Origin: Bacteroidales bacterium
GTDB taxonomy: Bacteria > Bacteroidota > Bacteroidia > Bacteroidales > Bacteroidaceae
Direction of reading: 5' to 3'
Length of the DNA: 64,000 nt
Assembly (NCBI GenBank): GCA_015654535.1
Contig: JAATGU010000120.1
Coordinates: forward strand, 34,515 to 98,514
Shown: positions 58,450 through 64,000 of the stretch, one piece after another
How the letters are laid out: each line of letters begins with the position of its first letter
Position numbering within the stretch: position 1 is the first letter of the stretch
The notes under the pieces: generated by a model
Database searches by the model: none
Seen by the model: only the letters and a program-made list of their open reading frames with translations
What the model was told of the DNA's origin: nothing
Translations under genes and position numbers: made by a program

Positions 58450-60324
58450 ATGAAAAAGATAGCAATTTGTATTGTTTCTCTTATGTTGCAATCCATTCAG
58501 GCGGCAAATGTTTCTCCTATGACAATTGTAAAAGATTCTATTCAATTAGATGAAATTATAGTCACAGGTTCCAAACCGGAAGTTAACTTACGCAACCTAC
58601 CGATGAGTGTTTCTGTAATAAGCGGCAAACAAATAGAGAGCCGGTTTGAGCCCTCACTCCTACCTATTATAATGGAAGAGGTTCCGGGGCTGTTCGTTAC
58701 AGGACGAGGCATTATGGGCTATGGAGTCGGATCAGAGGCAGGCGGTGGAATAAGTATCCGTGGAATTGGCGGCAGCCCCACATCGGGAGTATTGGTACTG
58801 ATAGACGGGCATCCACAATATATGGGAATGATGGGACATCCGTTAGCCGATGCATATCAATCGATGATGACAGAACGGATAGAGGTGGTACGCGGTCCAG
58901 CTTCTATCCTTTATGGTTCAAACGCTATGGGAGGAGTCATTAATATCATTACAAAAAAACAATTACAAAATGGTATGAAAACGAATGCGCAGATTATGTA
59001 CGGTTCTTATAACACGCTCAGTACGGAATTTAATAATAGTGTATTGAAAGGAAAATTTAGCAGCTATGTATCCCTGAGCTACAACCGAACAGACGGTCAC
59101 CGAAAAGATATGGACTTCGATCAGTATAGCGGTTATATGAAGTTAGGCTATAACTTTACTTCCAACTGGAAAGCATATACTGATTTGAATCTAACAAACT
59201 TTTCCGCTTCCAATCCGGGAAGTATTACCACTCCAATTATTGACAACGATGCTGATATTACCCGCGGTATGACCTCCTTCTCACTAGAAAATAAATACGA
59301 ACGAACTTCTGGAGCTCTAAAATTCTTTTACAATTTTGGTTCTCATAAAATAAACGATGGATATAACCCGGGAGAAGAACCGCTGAACTATCGTTTTCAT
59401 TCCAAAGATTACATGTTCGGCGTTTCTCTCTATCAATCGTATAGTCTCTTTCAAGGAAATCAAACGACAGCAGGTGTGGACTATCAAGGTTTCGGAGGAC
59501 ATGCTTGGAATAAATATCCTGAACTGAAAACAGACATTGCAGATAAAAGTCTCAATGACATAGCCAGCTATCTGAATATTCAGCAAACATTAGCCGATCG
59601 AATAACTTTCAACTCGGGTATCCGTATCGATCATAACGAACAAAGTGGCACTGAATGGGTCCCGCAGCTTGGATTAAGTTATATCGCTTCCGATGTAACC
59701 GTACTGAAAGCCATTGTGAGCAAGGGGTTTCGTAATCCCACCATCCGTGAAATGTATATGTTTCCAATGCAAAACCCAGACTTGAAACCGGAACGGTTGA
59801 TGAATTACGAACTTTCAGCCTCCCAAAGATTACTTAAAAATGCACTTCGTTTAGATCTTAACCTTTATTATATTCATGGTGATAACAGCATTCAGACTAT
59901 TATGATAGATGGTGCGCCTAAAAATATAAATACTGGAAAAATAGAAAATTACGGACTAGAGTTTGTTACTAATTATCAAATTAATCCTTATCTGAATCTG
60001 TCGGCAAATTATAGTTTATTACACATGGAGTACAAGGTTATTGCAGCTCCTGAACATAAACTATATGCCAGTGTGGATTACTCCCGTGCCAAATGGAGTT
60101 TATCAACAGGTCTACAATGCATTTACCATCTTTATACTGCGGTTGGGAAACAGGAAACGACAGAGAACTTTACTCTCTGGAATATCAGAACTTCCTATCG
60201 CCCGATGAAAATGCTAGAGTTATTTCTAAAAGGTGAAAACCTGCTGGCTCAGAAATATGAGATAAATGCAGGTTATCCAATGCCTCAAGCAACTGTTTTT
60301 GGAGGCATTGACTTGCGATTTTAA
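58450..60324 (+). CDS. Small TonB-dependent receptor (BtuB/CirA-like)
   Basis: Signal peptide, TonB box LDEIIVTG, IEVVRGPASILYGSNAMGGVINIIT and C-terminal LRF. Confidence 0.92.
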   Translation: MKKIAICIVSLMLQSIQAANVSPMTIVKDSIQLDEIIVTGSKPEVNLRNLPMSVSVISGKQIESRFEPSLLPIIMEEVPGLFVTGRGIMGYGVGSEAGGGISIRGIGGSPTSGVLVLIDGHPQYMGMMGHPLADAYQSMMTERIEVVRGPASILYGSNAMGGVINIITKKQLQNGMKTNAQIMYGSYNTLSTEFNNSVLKGKFSSYVSLSYNRTDGHRKDMDFDQYSGYMKLGYNFTSNWKAYTDLNLTNFSASNPGSITTPIIDNDADITRGMTSFSLENKYERTSGALKFFYNFGSHKINDGYNPGEEPLNYRFHSKDYMFGVSLYQSYSLFQGNQTTAGVDYQGFGGHAWNKYPELKTDIADKSLNDIASYLNIQQTLADRITFNSGIRIDHNEQSGTEWVPQLGLSYIASDVTVLKAIVSKGFRNPTIREMYMFPMQNPDLKPERLMNYELSASQRLLKNALRLDLNLYYIHGDNSIQTIMIDGAPKNINTGKIENYGLEFVTNYQINPYLNLSANYSLLHMEYKVIAAPEHKLYASVDYSRAKWSLSTGLQCIYHLYTAVGKQETTENFTLWNIRTSYRPMKMLELFLKGENLLAQKYEINAGYPMPQATVFGGIDLRF

Positions 60325-60361
60325 AAAATATTTCATATTATTAAATGTAAATGAAAAGATT

Positions 60362-61300
60362 ATGGACAGACGAAATTTTTTAAAAGCTGTAGCTATTACA
60401 GGGGCAGCAATAACAATCAAGGAAAGCGGAGCCATGGATATATTGGCTCAGACCGTAAAAAATCCAAAAACAAAAAGAGCAGTAGACCTGGTAGCTGTTA
60501 TGGGCGGTGAACCTGATGTGATGTTCAGAAGAGGCATTGCTGAAATGGGAGGAATAAAAAGGTTTGTAAAACCTGGTTACAAGGTAACGGTGAAGCCCAA
60601 CATTGGTTGGGATAAAACGCCGGAAATGGCTGGAAACACAAATCCCAAACTAGTGGCTGAAATTGTTCGTGAATGTTTTTCGGCAGGAGCCAAAGAAGTG
60701 ATTGTTTTTGATCATACATGTGATGACTGGCATAAATGTTATAAAAACAGTGGCATTGAAGATGCTGCCAAAGCTGCCGGAGCAACAATAATGCCTGCAC
60801 ACGAAGAATCCTATTATCGTACTATTGCTATTCCCAGGGGAAAGAATCTGAAAAGTGCTAAAGTACACGAAGCTATTCTGGACTGTGATGTTTGGATTAA
60901 TGTGCCTATATTAAAAAATCACGGAGGAGCAAATCTTACCATGTCTATGAAGAATCATATGGGCATTGTATGGGATAGAGGAGCATTCCATAAAAACGAT
61001 TTGCAACAGTGCATTGCCGATATTACTACAATGCACAAAAAAGCGGTTCTTAATGTTGTAGACGCATATCGCGTTATGAAAACAAATGGACCACGAGGAA
61101 GATCTATCGCTGATGTAGCTACTCCAAAAGGACTCTTTATCTCACAAGATATTGTTGCCGTAGAAACTGCTGCCGCTACTTTTTTTAACCAGATAAGAAA
61201 GATGCCTCTTGAATCGGTTGGTCACCTGGCTAATGCGCAAGCTTTGCATGTAGGCACTATGGATCTGGAAAAACTAAATATTAAAAGGATAAAGATGTAA
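60362..61300 (+). CDS. Tat-exported DUF362-domain protein
   Basis: MDRRNFLK twin-arginine signal. Motifs KPNIGW, TNP and PILKNH...SMKNHMG. Confidence 0.85.
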   Translation: MDRRNFLKAVAITGAAITIKESGAMDILAQTVKNPKTKRAVDLVAVMGGEPDVMFRRGIAEMGGIKRFVKPGYKVTVKPNIGWDKTPEMAGNTNPKLVAEIVRECFSAGAKEVIVFDHTCDDWHKCYKNSGIEDAAKAAGATIMPAHEESYYRTIAIPRGKNLKSAKVHEAILDCDVWINVPILKNHGGANLTMSMKNHMGIVWDRGAFHKNDLQQCIADITTMHKKAVLNVVDAYRVMKTNGPRGRSIADVATPKGLFISQDIVAVETAAATFFNQIRKMPLESVGHLANAQALHVGTMDLEKLNIKRIKM

Positions 61301-61307
61301 ATTTATT

Positions 61308-62840
61308 ATGCTAAAAAAAATGCGTGTGGGTATCTCTGTAATATTATTTACACTGATAACTTTTTATTTTCTTGACTTTGCTGGGCTATTACCCAACTCT
61401 TTTCACTGGTTGGCACAAATCCAATTTGTACCGGCATTACTGTCATTGAGCGTTATCATACTTGCAATACTGGTGATACTAACATTGTTCTTCGGTCGAA
61501 TTTATTGTTCAACAATTTGTCCAATGGGCTTTTTTCAAGATATCATAAGTCGATTTTCCCGACATTTTGGCAAAAAGAAAAAGAAGTACAGTTATAGCCC
61601 GGCAAAGAATATCCTGCGTTGGTCGGTGACAGGTTTTGTTCTCATTACTTTTTTACTAGGATTTACTCTGTTTCTGAGTCTTCTTGATCCATACAGCGCT
61701 TATGGAAGGATGATTGCAAACGTATTCAAGCCTGTTTATATGTCAGGGAACAATCTACTAGAATCTATCTTTAGCCAATTTAATAATTATACCTTTTACC
61801 GAGTAGATGTACTGATCCGGAGTGTTCTTGCTTTCTGTGTGGGAATGGTAACCTTCTTAGCAATTGGCTTTCTGGCTTGGCAATATGGACGCACCTATTG
61901 TAATACAGTGTGCCCTGTAGGGACAGTTTTAGGCTTTATCAGCAAATATGCTTTCTTTAAGGTAAGAATTGACGCAACAAAATGCAATAAATGCGGTCTA
62001 TGTGCTACAAAATGTAAAGCGTCCTGCATTGATAGTAAAGAGCATAGCATTGATTACAGTCGTTGTGTAGACTGTTTCAATTGTCTGGATAGTTGCAAAC
62101 AAAAAGCCATCAGCTTTGCTCCCGCTTTGCAACAAAAAAGTACAGTTATAAAAGCTGAAGGAATATCCGATGCTTCCCAACGTCAGTTTCTCATAACTAC
62201 CTTTGCTATGGCTGTGATCATGCCAAAGACCTTTGCTCAAAACAAAATAGCTGCTTTTACCAGTCGTGGAAAAGAGTATAAACGAGAACATCCACTCAGC
62301 CCTCCCGGTTCAATAAGCGCAAAGCACTTGCTAAGTCATTGCACTGCGTGTCACCTTTGTGTCAGTAAATGTCCGTCACATATATTGAAACCCGCACTTA
62401 TAGAATACGGTTTGGGAGGGATTATGCAACCAGTGATGAATTATGAAAAAGGATTCTGCAACTTCGACTGCACCGTATGTGGGGATATTTGTCCCAACGG
62501 AGCTATTAAACCACTTACCATCCAAGAAAAACATCTCACGCAAGTGGGAAAAGTAGTTTTTATAAAAGATAATTGTATTGTACATACTGATGGAACCAGT
62601 TGTGGTGCATGCTCGGAACATTGTCCCACACAAGCCGTATCCATGGTTCCTTACAAAAACGGATTGACTATCCCTTCTGTTAATCCGGATATTTGTGTAG
62701 GTTGTGGCGGCTGTGAATATGTCTGTCCGGTACGCCCATACAGAGCCATTCATGTAGAAGGAAATGTTGTGCATAAGCAAGCACTGGCTTTTAAAGAAAC
62801 GGAAAAGAAAACAATCAAAGTAGATGACTTCGGTTTTTAA
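61308..62840 (+). CDS. Membrane-bound polyferredoxin (NapH/MauN-like transmembrane part plus NapF-like cluster domain)
   Basis: GRIYCSTICPMG and GRTYCNTVCPVG, plus several CxxCxxCxxxC(P) motifs. Internal Tat-like SQRQFL segment. Confidence 0.85.
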   Translation: MLKKMRVGISVILFTLITFYFLDFAGLLPNSFHWLAQIQFVPALLSLSVIILAILVILTLFFGRIYCSTICPMGFFQDIISRFSRHFGKKKKKYSYSPAKNILRWSVTGFVLITFLLGFTLFLSLLDPYSAYGRMIANVFKPVYMSGNNLLESIFSQFNNYTFYRVDVLIRSVLAFCVGMVTFLAIGFLAWQYGRTYCNTVCPVGTVLGFISKYAFFKVRIDATKCNKCGLCATKCKASCIDSKEHSIDYSRCVDCFNCLDSCKQKAISFAPALQQKSTVIKAEGISDASQRQFLITTFAMAVIMPKTFAQNKIAAFTSRGKEYKREHPLSPPGSISAKHLLSHCTACHLCVSKCPSHILKPALIEYGLGGIMQPVMNYEKGFCNFDCTVCGDICPNGAIKPLTIQEKHLTQVGKVVFIKDNCIVHTDGTSCGACSEHCPTQAVSMVPYKNGLTIPSVNPDICVGCGGCEYVCPVRPYRAIHVEGNVVHKQALAFKETEKKTIKVDDFGF

Positions 62841-62889
62841 ATTTCATTTCTAAAAAACGTAACTAATTCCAAGAAATTACAGATAAGGA

Positions 62890-62934
62890 AATGCCCGTTT
62901 ACTGAACTATTATCAGTAAACGGGCATTCTTTTC
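62890..62934 (+). terminator. Intrinsic terminator closing the DUF362 operon
   Basis: Perfect 16-bp stem aatgcccgtttactga/tcagtaaacgggcatt followed by cttttc. Confidence 0.85.
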
Positions 62935-63106
62935 GCTCTTTGAAGGTATAGTTTAAAGTTTTCCGGTTTATTGTTAACTGCCAAATCCCGTCTTGTAGTC
63001 GGAAACCGGGGATTGCAATCCCAACCTATTGAAACGTGAGGGCAATATGGAATTTTAAATATCTTATCTCATTCAGCCCATTTTGTAAATGAATATAATG
63101 TTTTTA

Positions 63107-64000
63107 TTATCTAACTATAACTTTCTGAACTATATTGCCTGATTTTACGATATAAACCCCTTTAGTCAGTGCAATAACTTCTTCTGAATTTACAATACAA
63201 TTTTTGACCTGAATACCTGAAAGATTATAAACTATTACCGGGAGTACTTTGTCGGTAATTATACGAATTCCATTTTCAACATTCATGATTTTCAAAGTAT
63301 TCAACTCTGTTTGTTCTATAGCAGATAATACATTAGGAGCAGGTATAAATTCATACAAGAACCTGATAGGAGATGTAGTTTCGTAATTCATTGCAACTGT
63401 TTCGCCACTCACTGTTGCTGAAATGTTTAATGGACTGTTCAATCCCACATCATTTAATCCATAAGCAGATCCATCAAAGTAAACAGTAAAATTATGATAA
63501 ATCCCTTCATCACCAATTTGTGTATCGGCAGTATTTTTATCTCTAAAATATCCGGCTTCGTCCAAGTGACCAACAACTGATGCATTCTCTTCTGTCCAAT
63601 CAGTACTGCCATCAATGCCTGAAACAAATGAATAACGCGGTGGATCAGTAAATCCCGAATTTAGGTTAAATTGGATGCTCCATTTTTGACAATTCTGTAT
63701 TTGAACATTACGGAGAGACTGATAGGTAGTCCTGTTTGAAGGGGTATTCCCTTTTGCCGAAGGAGCTGTCAGATATAAATCGGTTCCTTTAAGTCGAATA
63801 TTATACAACCCTGAAGCAAGTTTAAATTGAGTTGTTGCATTATCAGCAACTATTACCGATGATATATAACTACTTGTAAAAGTTGCGTAGGCAGTACTCA
63901 ATTTTGCTAATTGTGTATTTATATCGGCCTGTTTTGCATCCGGTTGATTTAATACAAAACTTTTAGCTGCAACAAGCGCGTTTTGGAATATAGTGATAGC
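63107..64000 (-). CDS. C-terminal part of a large secreted protein (FIVAR-like helix segment, beta-rich domain, T9SS-like C-terminal domain); 5' end beyond window
   Basis: The frame stays open from 63901 to 64000 (AITIFQNALVAAKSFVLNQPDAKQADINTQLAKLSTAY). The C-terminus reads IVYNLSGIQVK...KGVYIVKSGNIVQKVIVR. Confidence 0.8.
   Translation of the reverse strand, partial: AITIFQNALVAAKSFVLNQPDAKQADINTQLAKLSTAYATFTSSYISSVIVADNATTQFKLASGLYNIRLKGTDLYLTAPSAKGNTPSNRTTYQSLRNVQIQNCQKWSIQFNLNSGFTDPPRYSFVSGIDGSTDWTEENASVVGHLDEAGYFRDKNTADTQIGDEGIYHNFTVYFDGSAYGLNDVGLNSPLNISATVSGETVAMNYETTSPIRFLYEFIPAPNVLSAIEQTELNTLKIMNVENGIRIITDKVLPVIVYNLSGIQVKNCIVNSEEVIALTKGVYIVKSGNIVQKVIVR

Noticed and set aside
39-62780. 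Numerous 60-160 aa ORFs overlapping or antisense to identified genes (e.g. 4180-4560, 12139-12522 over rnpB, 26775-27257, 32127-32363, 62376-62780)
   Set aside because: They have no recognisable motifs and lie opposite or out of frame to well-supported genes or RNAs.
1-64000. Mobile elements, prophage, tRNA or rRNA genes, defence systems
   Set aside because: I saw no integrase, transposase, phage or defence-type proteins, no att or terminal repeats with target duplications, and no tRNA or rRNA signatures.

Overview
Chromosomal core region of a Bacteroides-like organism (Bacteroidales), judged from gene content and many TAnnTTTG/TTTG promoter boxes. It holds about 55 CDS, the RNase P RNA gene, a cobalamin riboswitch and a TPP riboswitch. 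I found no tRNA, rRNA, CRISPR array, integrase or transposase. Housekeeping blocks: fkp (partial), C11 protease, primary sigma factor, degP, murein-peptide recycling ykfC/ykfB plus a transglutaminase-like gene, a frameshifted metE-like gene, zwf-pgl-gnd, purT, xylR-xylB-xylA-xylE, an RRM protein, dapF-dapL, glutamine synthetase III and a thiamine TBDR-PnuC-TPK operon. The best candidate for an undescribed system is the six-gene operon at 56.4-62.8 kb: DUF362 Fe-S protein, orphan ECF S component, phosphoribosyltransferase, TonB receptor, Tat-exported DUF362 and membrane polyferredoxin. Its first DUF362 protein has a His-x9-Lys-x15-His spacing identical to the nickel-pincer cofactor site of lactate racemase LarA. 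Other uncharacterised modules are a VTC/DUF4956/DUF2490 operon with a two-component system and a FadL-like barrel/DUF4270/Kelch/DUF4907 cluster. Also notable are two phased palindrome arrays (22-bp and 23-bp period), a XylE with two extra predicted helices, and a monocistronic cationic Cys-containing secreted peptide. Family names come from motif recognition, not database searches.
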